From NCBI GenBank assembly GCA_016936655.1, contig JAFGXL010000027.1, forward strand, positions 672 through 64,671: 64,000 nucleotides of DNA, written 5' to 3'. This document shows, one piece after another, positions 9,801-17,408 of this stretch. The position numbers and the translations under genes were made by a program. The stretch's first letter is position 1. Each line of letters opens with the position of its first letter. Under the pieces are notes generated by a model. The model made no database searches. It saw only the letters and a list, made by a program, of their open reading frames with translations, and was not told the origin of the DNA. Source of the stretch: Nitrospirota bacterium (GTDB taxonomy: Bacteria; Nitrospirota; Thermodesulfovibrionia; Thermodesulfovibrionales; Dissulfurispiraceae).

Positions 9801-12487
9801 TCAGGTTTTTGAAATACCTCCAAAATAGAGGCCATTAAGGGCGAGATCAGGATTATCCCAATAACTGCCAAGGTCCAGAACCAGACTGGCGACAAGGCTG
9901 CCCAGCAAATCAGCAAAAGGATAGTAAATGCTGAAGGCGCGATGCTGCGACGAAGATTATCAAAGATTTTCCATCTGGACAATCCGGAGAGCGGATTTTT
10001 CTGAAAGTGAGCGCCCGGATCAGCGCCCGGCACACGCGGCAGCAGCCATTGCGCTATCTGCCAGTCTCCGCGAATCCAACGGTGCCTGCGACGCACATCA
10101 TCACTGTAGCAGGATGGGTATTCCTCATACAGCGGCACATCGCTCAACAGCCCTGCCCTTGCATAACAACCCTCCAACAGATCGTGGCTGAGTATCAGGT
10201 TTTCAGGAAAGCGGTTGTTAAGCGCCTGGTCAAATGCAGCAGCATCATAGATTCCTTTGCCTATGAAGGAACCCTCGCCAAAGAGATCCTGGTAAACATC
10301 AGAGACAGCTCGTGTGTATGGATCAATGCCGGGCTCATTGCCGCACATCCGCGCATACAGCGACCGGTTTATGCCCGGCAGGCTGGCTGCAACACGCGGC
10401 TGAAGTATGCTGTATCCAGCAACAACGCGCTGCTTGTTTTTATCATAGTGCGGCCGATTCAGAGGGTGTGCAATGGCGCCGGCAAATTGACGCGCTGAGT
10501 CACGAGGCAATTGTGTGTCAGTGTCAAGAGTAATTACATATTTTATATTGGGCAGGATGTCTGTATTGCCGATAATAAGCGAGAAGCGATTTTCAGAGAG
10601 GTCATGCGCGCTGTTCTTTCTTTTTCTGAGCAATAAGGAATTCAGATCCGCCAGCTTCCCGCGCTTACGCTCATAACCCATCCAAAGCTGTTCTCTGGGA
10701 TTCCACTTGCGGGCACGATGGAAGAGGAAGAAGGTGTTGCCTTGAGCGCCATGGTATTTATTATTCAGCTCCTCGATCTTTTCCCTGGCAAGCTGCAAAA
10801 GCGGTTTGTCATCTGTAGTAGTTTGCTCTTTTGCATCCGTGAAATCAGTCAGCAGTCCCAAGTGCAGGTTCTCATCCCTGTTTGCCAGAAACCGAACTTC
10901 CAGCGCCTCTATCAGGTCTTCAATGCTTTGAGCGCTTGTGAGCAAGGTTGGGATTACGACCAGTGTGCGCGATTCCTGGGGGATGCCCTTTGAGTAGTCC
11001 ATTTTCGGCAGCTGGTGCGGTGTCGCCATAAGCGTACTCAGCCAGTTAACCAGCTCCACAGCCAATTGGCTTGAGCTGAGCATCAAGAGGATGCCAATCA
11101 ACATAAGCAGCCAGTCAGGGGTTTTATTGGAGCTTGCGACTGCTAATAAGCTGCCCGTAAAAATTATTGTTACCAATGCTATCAATCCAACATAAAAGAA
11201 CATTGGGAATGTATGGACAAGTTTTCCGAGAGACTCGGAGATTGAGAGTCTTGCTCCTGTTAAGCGTTCGAGCTGCGGTAATCCCTTGTCAATAAGGTAA
11301 AACCCAACATGCGCCATCCGATTATCTCGTGCTTGTGCAGTATCTTTATTGGATAATGCTTGTTGCGCGAGTCCGATGGCCATGAGCGCCACCTCGATTT
11401 CGGATATCAGACTGCTTTTTGCTATCTTTTCCACAATGTGGCGATAGTGGTCGCGAGTTGCAAAATCCATCTTGCTGTAGACTCCAGCAGGGTCCTCACG
11501 CAGCAGATGTTCAACAGAACTCATCTTCTCTACAAACTCAGCCCAATCCATTGCGCCCAGAAAGCGCAGGCTGCCGATACTGTTGCTTATGGATACTTGG
11601 TCAGCAGCTTGTTGCTGGTTCTCTGAATGCACTGATTGTTCGATTGTCAGGCCAGACTCTGAGAGCCGCTGCTCAATCCATGAGAGAGGCAGTGCCAGGG
11701 CTGAGCCTTGCCCGTGCAGCCGGCGTGTAAACTCTGCAACAAATGAACTCACCATGGGCGGGTTTGACCTCACCATATCAGCAATCACCAGTATCAGGCT
11801 GTTTGGTTTTTTTTCTGCTGTCTCTATCATCTGGTCTGCCCAATAATCAGCAAGATCCCGGTTAATCATGTCAGCAGCAATTCTTGCTGCAACCCTTCGG
11901 AGATTTTCGATCAGCGCCAAGCGCAGCATGATGGGGATTGCCCATAATTCGCCCAGCTTAAGTACGCTGACTGTCTGGTAGGCTGTAACAAAACTGCTAA
12001 GGTTTTCCGGATCTACTCTGCCGTCTCCATGAGAGATCGTCTCCAGTGCAATGTCATAAACGCGTGGAATTCCGTTGGAAGAGCCATTTAGCAAGCGCGG
12101 CAGTTCGCGGCTGTAACCCTTCGGCAGGTGTCTTCTGGCAATGCGGAACTGTTCTTCGATCAGATAAAAGTTATCAAGCAGCCATTCTCCTGCGGGGGTA
12201 ATCCGGTGGTCAGTCTTTAGCGTTTGCCTCAGCATGTTGCGTGCAGAGATCAGCATATCTTCATTTTCTGAAAGTCTTTCCAGAATCTGGTCAGGCGCAT
12301 GTCCCTGGCTCAGTTTGTGGGAGGCTGCCAGGGCCTTGCCGTGTTGTTCCATCTGGTCTCTGCTGAAAAGTTCAGATCGCAGCGGCGGTTTGTCAGCCGC
12401 ATACCTTTGCGCAGGGTCTGCTTTGCGAAAGCTTGTACGGAAATACGGCAGGCTTCCGAACATGAGTTTGTTGGTATTCGTTTTCAA
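3809..12487 (-). CDS. cgs: cyclic beta-1,2-glucan synthase-type protein (GT84-like glycosyltransferase + GH94-like phosphorylase, NdvB/ChvB/Cgs architecture)
   Basis: 2892 aa. Central transmembrane blocks flank a GT domain with ITLDTDTQLPRD and RRRHRWIRGDWQ motifs. The C-terminal ~1300 aa resemble cellobiose/chitobiose-phosphorylase-like GH94 domains. Size and order match the Brucella, Agrobacterium and Sinorhizobium enzymes. Apparent TTG start at 12487 with GGAGG 11 nt upstream. Confidence 0.88.
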   Translation of the reverse strand: MKTNTNKLMFGSLPYFRTSFRKADPAQRYAADKPPLRSELFSRDQMEQHGKALAASHKLSQGHAPDQILERLSENEDMLISARNMLRQTLKTDHRITPAGEWLLDNFYLIEEQFRIARRHLPKGYSRELPRLLNGSSNGIPRVYDIALETISHGDGRVDPENLSSFVTAYQTVSVLKLGELWAIPIMLRLALIENLRRVAARIAADMINRDLADYWADQMIETAEKKPNSLILVIADMVRSNPPMVSSFVAEFTRRLHGQGSALALPLSWIEQRLSESGLTIEQSVHSENQQQAADQVSISNSIGSLRFLGAMDWAEFVEKMSSVEHLLREDPAGVYSKMDFATRDHYRHIVEKIAKSSLISEIEVALMAIGLAQQALSNKDTAQARDNRMAHVGFYLIDKGLPQLERLTGARLSISESLGKLVHTFPMFFYVGLIALVTIIFTGSLLAVASSNKTPDWLLMLIGILLMLSSSQLAVELVNWLSTLMATPHQLPKMDYSKGIPQESRTLVVIPTLLTSAQSIEDLIEALEVRFLANRDENLHLGLLTDFTDAKEQTTTDDKPLLQLAREKIEELNNKYHGAQGNTFFLFHRARKWNPREQLWMGYERKRGKLADLNSLLLRKRKNSAHDLSENRFSLIIGNTDILPNIKYVITLDTDTQLPRDSARQFAGAIAHPLNRPHYDKNKQRVVAGYSILQPRVAASLPGINRSLYARMCGNEPGIDPYTRAVSDVYQDLFGEGSFIGKGIYDAAAFDQALNNRFPENLILSHDLLEGCYARAGLLSDVPLYEEYPSCYSDDVRRRHRWIRGDWQIAQWLLPRVPGADPGAHFQKNPLSGLSRWKIFDNLRRSIAPSAFTILLLICWAALSPVWFWTLAVIGIILISPLMASILEVFQKPDNALLGQHLATAASSARRRFSQALFTLMCLPFEAFFSLDAVLRTAWRMLIRRRLLEWSPSSSTDHSSNNSQEGLAAYCRMMWISPVISASALIYLLLYNPAATVAAAPLLLLWFVSPFIAWLISRPIIQRRAELTVKQVLFLRQISRKTWAFFETFVGPADHWLPPDNYQEYRVASVAHRTSPTNMGVSLLANLSAYDFGYIPAGQLIERSKNALNTMESMDRHHGHFYNWYDTLSLKPLIPAYISTVDSGNLAAHLLTLRAGLHAIPDQKIFGAQLFDGLNDTLRILTKSAEQIPAESSAYSSINKLKKCLEAECTNPPETIPAVRLCMDQLAAFAAEVIAGLEALDAEPDNEANWWARAFASQCHAVLDDLIFIAPSILNSIDNIPTLRELAELGNPQASERIAAIELLALQSNNLAFMEYDFLFDPAQRLLSIGYNVAARRKDPGFYDLLASEARLCCFVAIAQGQLPQESWFSLGRLLTTSGGEPVLLSWSGSMFEYLMPLLVMPTFEHTLLDQTYKAAVNRQIEYGKQRSVPWGISESAYNTVDAHLNYQYRAFGVPGLGLKRGLADDLVIAPYASALALIISPEAACSNLQQLSSEGFEARYGFYEAIDYTPSRQRRKQKRTAVRSFMAHHQGMSLLSLAHLLLNRPMQKRFESDPLFQATMLLLHERIPRATALYLEAPRLSDIRAAFGTTKMPVRVFNTPDTPTPEVQLLSNGRYHVMITNAGGGYSRWKDISVTRWREDTTCDNWGMFCYLRDVASGQFWSTAYQPALKLSDTYEAIFSEGRAEFRRSDFDYDTHTEIVVSPEDDIELRRTLITNSSRTRRTIEVTSYAEVVLAPDASDALHPAFGNLFIQTEIIRKQHAVLCTRRPRSIGEKTPWMFHLMTAHGAAVEEVSYETDRMEFIGRGRTASNPKAMSGQSTLSESEGSVLDPIVAIRYRITLEPEASATIDMVSGLGETRDICMGLIEKYQEQRFTNRVFDLAWTHSQVVLQQLNVTESDAQLYGRLAGSVVYANSLLRADNGILRKNSRGQSGLWGYAISGDLPIVLLRIEDPANIDLVRQLVQAHAYWRLKGLAVDLVIWNENHAGYRQLLQDQIIGLIAAGVEFSETEQPGGIFVRLFEQISNEDRILLQTVARAVITDSLGPLVDQVSRRSIAPLPVPRLKPTRTIRPESVSHAAMPDRDLIFFNELGGFSHDGREYIITTTKENMTPSPWVNVLANPNFGTIISESGISYTWSGNAHEFRLTPWHNDPVSDSGGEAFYLRDEESGLFWSPSPLPSCGNAPYVSRHGLGYSVFEHTEDGIRSEMWVYVAMDASVKFTVLKIRNESGRSRRLSVTGYAEWVLGDLRPKTAMHISTEIDHKTGALFGRNPYNTEFTDKTAFFAVDDATRTLSGDRTEFLGRNGTIQNPAAMTRARLSGKTGTGLDPCAAMQVAFDLADRQEREIIFMLGIGQDADDASSLVRRFRGSAAARKALEAVWLYWNHTLGAVQIETPDQSVNVLANGWLLYQTLACRIWARSGYYQSGGAFGFRDQLQDVMALIHSEPRLMREHLLLCAAHQFKEGDVQHWWHPPSGRGVRTHCSDDFLWLPLAACRYIASTGDTGVLDETIHFIEGRPVNKDEDSYYDLPHAAEETASLYDHCVRSILNGLSRGEHGLPLIGSGDWNDGMNMVGSQGKGESVWLGFFLYKVLIQFSEIARQRGDLSFVERCREEAAQLQLDIEETGWDGHWYRRAYFDDGTPLGSALNSECRIDSIAQSWSVLSGAGDAVRSKTAMESLDRFLVRRDHQLIQLLDPPFDKSDLNPGYIKGYVPGVRENGGQYTHSAIWAAMAFAQMGDNRRAWELLAMINPVNHTASLENILTYKVEPYVMAADVYAVSPHTGRGGWTWYTGSAGWMYRLILESLLGLKLEADKLRFEPCLPEDWDGFKVHYRYRETVYHISVVQTVSSSTDSVTVDGIEQPDKAIPLVDDHKEHVVEVKITRNSGSTKSTI

Positions 12488-12843
12488 CTTTTATATTGCC
12501 TCCGTTGAACTTCTTGCTCAGAAAAGCTTTTATCAAACAGATGCAGCGCGCTTAAAAAGAGGATTTCTCCGGCTGCCGGAAATTGTTAAGTGAAACACCG
12601 CAAAAAAGCGGGTTAGTGGTCAAGAGGATACCTGTATGGGGAAGAGGTTATCTTCTACAAGAATAATGGAGTCATTTGCTAACGAATGCAAGGGAGCTGT
12701 GCGTATCATAACTGATAACACTATTTAGATGTCTGAATAGTCAAGAATAAATATGGTATTCGGGTGTAAAAACAGGATAGCCCGATTATATAAAACAACA
12801 ATGTGATAGCAGGAACAACAGGATAGACAGCATGCAGGATTGT

Positions 12844-13572
12844 TCAGATGCCTGTTTTGCGTTTATGTCGTATAATCGTCATACCAATCAGTCTTGATAC
12901 AACAACTGCGATATATGCTACTCCACAAAACTCTTCGATCATGACCAGCACTCTGGCAGCCGAGCTTACAGGCAGAATGTCGCCGAGTCCTGTTGCCGAG
13001 AGTGTTGTGAAGCTGAGAAAAAGCAGCTCAAGAAATGTACGCGGCTGATCCGGATCTTCTAGTCCTGTGAAGCTGCCCGGAAACCATATCTGGCAGATGA
13101 GATATGCGTATGCGAATCCCCACGCTATAAGAGTGAATGTTGCTCCAGCAGCAAAGAGCTCATCAATTGTTACCCAGAAATCCTCCATCATATAGGCGAT
13201 AAGTGTGCTTGCAGCGTAAAAGTAAAGAATAGCTTTAAATAGTGATGCGAGCACAACAAGGAGCTGTGTATTGAATATTGCTGATGATATTGAAAGTATA
13301 AATGCAGGTGCTACAAGCGCCCACGCTATCCACCATATTGCTGATGTGCGCTTAACTACCCATGCTGTGAGCGCAAGAACTGCAACTCCGGCAGCGCTTA
13401 GCAGGCCTGTGCCGTATTGTATTTCATCAAAAACAGCGTAGAGTATAAGGCTTATCAGCTGAGCTGCGAGCAGAAGGGCAGAGGGGTGGCGCTTTATGAG
13501 TTCGCCCCATCCGGGGAAAGATATTGCAGATTCTTCTCTGTTATCACAGCTTGCCATTATGTCGGTTATCAT
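12844..13572 (-). CDS. ion channel, K+-channel pore family (Ion_trans_2-like) with a non-canonical filter
   Basis: 242 aa, multi-TM. The C-terminal pore region is FLSFTTLSATGLGDILP followed by an inner helix. The filter TGLGD stands where TVGYGD is expected. Confidence 0.65.
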   Translation of the reverse strand: MITDIMASCDNREESAISFPGWGELIKRHPSALLLAAQLISLILYAVFDEIQYGTGLLSAAGVAVLALTAWVVKRTSAIWWIAWALVAPAFILSISSAIFNTQLLVVLASLFKAILYFYAASTLIAYMMEDFWVTIDELFAAGATFTLIAWGFAYAYLICQIWFPGSFTGLEDPDQPRTFLELLFLSFTTLSATGLGDILPVSSAARVLVMIEEFCGVAYIAVVVSRLIGMTIIRHKRKTGI

Positions 13573-13762
13573 AAGTTAAAGTCTGGCTGTTTGACAACAA
13601 GGACAGCATTGCAGGCGTGTGTTTTGTTCTTGCTGGAATAAGCATAATTTTTATAACAAATATTATGGATTAAACGTGTTAAACTATTACGTATGATGCT
13701 CTTATGCACGAGACGTGCGGAGCTGCTGCCGGCTAAGTCTGCCGAATAAAGGAGGAAATACA

Positions 13763-14308
13763 ATAGCTAATCCAAGACAATCAATGCCCGGCAGGGTTGT
13801 TGATACCACACGAGTTAATGAGCAGATAAAACTTAGCAGAGCAAAAGAGATAAGAGTTGTTGCTGAAGAAGGCCAGATCGGTGTAATGGATATTGATTCT
13901 GCACTCAAGCTGGCTGAAGAGCGTGATCTTGATCTTGTTGAAATAAGCCCACAGGCTGAACCTCCTGTATGCAAGATCATGGACTACAGGAAATTTAAAT
14001 TTGAGCAGGCAAAAAAGGCTAAAAAAGTTAAAAAGCAGCAGACTGTAATAAATATAAAAGAGATTAGGATGCGTCCCGCAATTGATACCCATGACTATGA
14101 GTTCAAAAAGCGCAATGCCAGAAAGTTTCTGGAGCATGGAGACAAGGTTAAGGTTACAGTTCGCTTCAGGGGGCGTGAATTTACAAGGCAGGATATGGGT
14201 ACTGAGATATTGAACAGGCTTGCTGGAGATCTCAATGATGTTGCTAAGATAGAGTCCCAGCCGAAAATGGACGGCCGCCAGATGATAATGATTTTGGCAG
14301 CTTTATGA
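13763..14308 (+). CDS. infC: translation initiation factor IF-3
   Basis: ...RVNEQIKLSRAKEIRVVAEEGQIGVMDIDSALKLAEERDLDLVEISPQAEPPVCKIMDYRKFKFEQ... is canonical IF-3. The proposed start is the in-frame ATA 13763, 7 nt after GGAGG 13751-13755. The track start GTG 13715 and the ATG at 13784 both lack an SD. Confidence 0.85.
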   Translation: MANPRQSMPGRVVDTTRVNEQIKLSRAKEIRVVAEEGQIGVMDIDSALKLAEERDLDLVEISPQAEPPVCKIMDYRKFKFEQAKKAKKVKKQQTVINIKEIRMRPAIDTHDYEFKKRNARKFLEHGDKVKVTVRFRGREFTRQDMGTEILNRLAGDLNDVAKIESQPKMDGRQMIMILAAL

Positions 14309-14341
14309 TCCTAGGATTCTGATCAAAATATTGATATCTGT

Positions 14342-14371
14342 TTGACGAGTAAGTTATTTTTTTGTTATCTT
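14342..14371 (+). promoter_or_regulatory. sigma70-like promoter for the riboswitch/ATPase transcript
   Basis: TTGACG 14342-14347, 18-nt spacer, TATCTT 14366-14371. The predicted transcription start site (TSS) is about 14378, at the 5' edge of the aptamer. Confidence 0.45.
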
Positions 14372-14372
14372 C

Positions 14373-14468
14373 AAAAAGCAGAGGGGAGTAGCTAAATTTG
14401 TGGCTGCCGTCAATACGGTCTGAAAACCCGGCGCTACATGTTAGAAAAACTAACAAGCAAGACCTTTG
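14373..14468 (+). promoter_or_regulatory. yybP-ykoY (Mn2+) riboswitch aptamer
   Basis: Signature blocks AAAG..GGGGAGUAGC (14375-14392) and AAGCAAGACCUUU (14455-14467). Helices visible by eye: GUAGC 14388-92 / GCUAC 14433-37, CCGU 14407-10 / ACGG 14415-18, GUUAG 14440-44 / CUAAC 14450-54. Located upstream of a P-type ATPase, a known genomic context for this class. Confidence 0.75.
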
Positions 14469-14500
14469 TCGCGATTTTTCGCGGCAAAGGTCTTTTTATT
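14461..14500 (+). terminator. intrinsic terminator (riboswitch expression platform)
   Basis: GACCTTTGTCGCG 14461-14473 pairs with CGCGGCAAAGGTC 14480-14492 (13 bp including one G:U), followed by TTTTTATTTT. The 5' arm overlaps the aptamer P1 3' strand. Confidence 0.8.
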
Positions 14501-14576
14501 TTGCATTTTTTTGTTTGCAGCATGTTTCAAATATGTCAAAATGATTCTAAATCCTGCTCAATGGAGGCATTAGCGC

Positions 14577-17306
14577 ATGGTATCTTCTTTGGAGACTCTT
14601 ATCAGCAAACACTGGCACCACATGCCTGCTGAAGAGGCAGCAGAGCTTCTCAGCACTGATACTGACAAGGGCCTTGATCTGTTTGAGGTGGAGCGCCGCA
14701 GAGAAGAGTTCGGCTTGAACCTGCTCACAACAAAAAAACAGAAAAGCCCGCTAATGCGTTTTCTGCTCCAGTTCCACCAGCCGCTGGTCTATATTTTGAT
14801 GTCTGCTGCTGTTGTGACAGCTGCGCTTCAGGAGTGGGTTGACGCTGGAGTAATATTCGGCGTTGTGCTGGTGAATGCTTTAATCGGATTTGTGCAGGAA
14901 GCAAAGGCGCTTCAGGCGATGGATGCGCTTGCAAAGACCATGACAACAGAGGCGACTGTTATGCGCAGCAGCGCTAAAACGCGTATTCCTGCATCTGATC
15001 TTGTGCCGGGCGATATCGTAATGCTCCAGTCCGGCGACAAGGTGCCTGCTGATCTCCGTTTTGTATATACAAGGGAGTTGAAGATAGATGAGTCAGCGCT
15101 CACAGGAGAGTCTGTTGCTTCAGAGAAGAGAACAGATACTCTCAAGCATGATACCCTGCTTGCTGACAGGCATAACATGGGATACGCATCAACGCTTGTA
15201 ACATACGGCAGCGGAAAGGGCATTGTAGTCGCAACCGGAGATGCTACAGAGGTTGGCAGGATATCTCAGCTTATAGAGTCAGCAGAAGAGATGCAGACCC
15301 CGCTCACACAAAAGATCGCAAAGTTCAGCCATCTGCTTCTCTATGCGATACTCGGACTCGGCGCGCTCACATTTGCCGTGGGCATTATCAGGGGACAGAC
15401 AGCGTTTGATATGTTTATGGCTGCTGTTGCGCTCGCTGTTGGCGCGATACCCGAAGGCCTTCCTGCTGCAATAACAATAACCCTTGCCATCGGCGTGGCG
15501 CGAATGGCAAAGAAGAGGGCGATAATCAGAAAGCTGCCTGCTGTAGAGACGCTCGGCAGTACAACAGTCATCTGCTCAGACAAGACCGGAACTCTCACAG
15601 AAAACCAGATGACAGTGCAGGAGATCTCGGCTGGCGGCGAAGGCTTTGAACTGTCAGGCTCAGGCTACAATCCCTCAGGTGAAATAACAAGGCAGTTGTC
15701 TGGAGAGAGTGCGAAATCGCCTGCGCTTGCTGAGTGTCTTCGCGCGGGCATGCTCTGCAATGACAGCCGACTCTTTGAGGCAGAGGGCAGATGGGATATA
15801 CAGGGCGATCCAACAGAAGCAGCGCTGATTGTTGCTGCGCTCAAGCATGGATTGTCAGATGCATCTGAGGCTGCTTCATATCAGAGAGTTGATGCCATAC
15901 CATTTGAATCGCAGCACCAGTACATGGCTACACTGCATGCTGCTGCTGACGGAGGCCCGGGCATACTGTATGTGAAGGGGTCGGTTGAGGCTGTTCTGGA
16001 GAGGAGCGAATCAATGCTCAACAGCGCAGGTTTGGCATCTGCACTTGATAAGGATGCAGTTCTCAAATCAATGGAGCGGATGGCAGCAAAGGGGCTGAGA
16101 GTGCTTGCGCTCGCAAAGAAGGAACTTCCTGCATCAGTTAAGAATATTGATCATCAGGATGTTGCATCAGGCCTTGTGTTTATCGGTCTGCAGGGAATGA
16201 TCGATCCGCCGCGGCAGGAGGTTATAGCAGCTATAAAGACATGCTATACAGCAGGCATAAAGATAAAGATGATAACAGGCGACCATGCGCTCACAGCCTC
16301 TGCAATAGCAGCGCAGATAGGGCTTGAAAATCCAGAAGGTGTTCTCACAGGCAGAGACCTTGAGAAGATATCTGATACTGACCTGATAGGTGTTGCTGCA
16401 AAGGCATCTGTGTTTGCGAGGGTCTCGCCTGAGCAGAAGCTGAGGCTTGTTGAGGCGCTGCAGAAGAGCGGCAATATTGTCGCCATGACCGGAGATGGTG
16501 TTAATGATGCGCCTGCTCTCAAAAAGGCAGATATCGGTGTGGCTATGGGCATAACAGGCACTGATGTTGCCAAAGAATCTGCTGACATGGTTCTGACTGA
16601 TGACAACTTTGCTTCAATTGAGGCAGCAGTTGAAGAGGGCAGAGGCGTGTTTGACAATTTAACAAAGTTCATCATCTGGACACTTCCTACAAATATCGGT
16701 GAAGGCCTTGTTATACTGGCTGCGATATTTGCAGGAGTAATGCTCCCTATACTGCCTGTGCAGATACTCTGGATAAATATGACTACAGCAGTGCTGCTGG
16801 GACTGATGCTCGCTTTTGAGCCCAAAGAGCCGGGCATAATGCAGAGGTCTCCGCGCAATCCAAAGCAGCCTATTTTGACACGCGAGCTGATAACAAGGAT
16901 TTTTATAGTCAGCGGTCTGCTGCTGGTCGGCGCATTCGGCCTCTTTGAGTGGGAAATGTCCAGAGGCGCTGATATTACTGAGGCGCGCACAGTAGCTGTA
17001 AATGTGTTTGTGATGGTAGAGCTCTTTTATCTCTTCAACTGCCGCTCGCTGACAAGATCGCCTTTTAAACTCGGGTTCTTCTCGAATATGTGGGTATGGG
17101 GCGGTGTATGCTCAATGCTCGTTCTGCAGATGCTCTATACTTATCTACCTCTGATGAACAAGGCTTTTCAGAGTGCGCCAATAGGTTTTGATGAGTGGGT
17201 CAGGATTATCGGTGTATCAATTGCAGCATTTGTGATAATCGAGATAGAGAAGTGGCTAAGATATAAGAAAACAAGAGCATCGGAGCAGCAGCTTAGTTCC
17301 TCATGA
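14577..17306 (+). CDS. cation-transporting P-type ATPase, type II (SERCA/PMR1-like); probable Mn2+/Ca2+ exporter
   Basis: 909 aa with TGES, CSDKTGTLT, PEGLPA and MTGDGVNDAPALKKADIGVAMG motifs. GGAGG lies 9 nt upstream of ATG 14577. The Mn2+ inference comes from the upstream riboswitch. Confidence 0.9.
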   Translation: MVSSLETLISKHWHHMPAEEAAELLSTDTDKGLDLFEVERRREEFGLNLLTTKKQKSPLMRFLLQFHQPLVYILMSAAVVTAALQEWVDAGVIFGVVLVNALIGFVQEAKALQAMDALAKTMTTEATVMRSSAKTRIPASDLVPGDIVMLQSGDKVPADLRFVYTRELKIDESALTGESVASEKRTDTLKHDTLLADRHNMGYASTLVTYGSGKGIVVATGDATEVGRISQLIESAEEMQTPLTQKIAKFSHLLLYAILGLGALTFAVGIIRGQTAFDMFMAAVALAVGAIPEGLPAAITITLAIGVARMAKKRAIIRKLPAVETLGSTTVICSDKTGTLTENQMTVQEISAGGEGFELSGSGYNPSGEITRQLSGESAKSPALAECLRAGMLCNDSRLFEAEGRWDIQGDPTEAALIVAALKHGLSDASEAASYQRVDAIPFESQHQYMATLHAAADGGPGILYVKGSVEAVLERSESMLNSAGLASALDKDAVLKSMERMAAKGLRVLALAKKELPASVKNIDHQDVASGLVFIGLQGMIDPPRQEVIAAIKTCYTAGIKIKMITGDHALTASAIAAQIGLENPEGVLTGRDLEKISDTDLIGVAAKASVFARVSPEQKLRLVEALQKSGNIVAMTGDGVNDAPALKKADIGVAMGITGTDVAKESADMVLTDDNFASIEAAVEEGRGVFDNLTKFIIWTLPTNIGEGLVILAAIFAGVMLPILPVQILWINMTTAVLLGLMLAFEPKEPGIMQRSPRNPKQPILTRELITRIFIVSGLLLVGAFGLFEWEMSRGADITEARTVAVNVFVMVELFYLFNCRSLTRSPFKLGFFSNMWVWGGVCSMLVLQMLYTYLPLMNKAFQSAPIGFDEWVRIIGVSIAAFVIIEIEKWLRYKKTRASEQQLSSS

Positions 17307-17408
17307 TTTTATTTTTTATTGACATCGCAAGATTTGTATGGAAATAATAATTTTAGTGTGTACATAATGTATGCAAAATGTTAATAACAATACAGGAGCG
17401 GGCTAAGA

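Noticed and set aside
4522-12593. Dozens of 60-163-aa ORFs on the plus strand inside the cgs gene (e.g. 10007..10498, 5430..5855)
   Set aside because: All are antisense to one continuous 2892-aa ORF with recognisable domains. None has an SD or recognisable motifs.
12636-12728. 30-codon plus-strand ORF with an AAGAGGA SD-like sequence between cgs and the channel gene
   Set aside because: It lies in the leader/promoter region of minus-strand genes, has no promoter or terminator of its own that I can see, and has an unremarkable composition. The support is insufficient.
16244-16990. 248-aa minus-strand ORF inside the P-type ATPase gene
   Set aside because: It is antisense to a gene with all P-type ATPase motifs and has the Ser/Ala/Pro-rich composition of a shadow frame.
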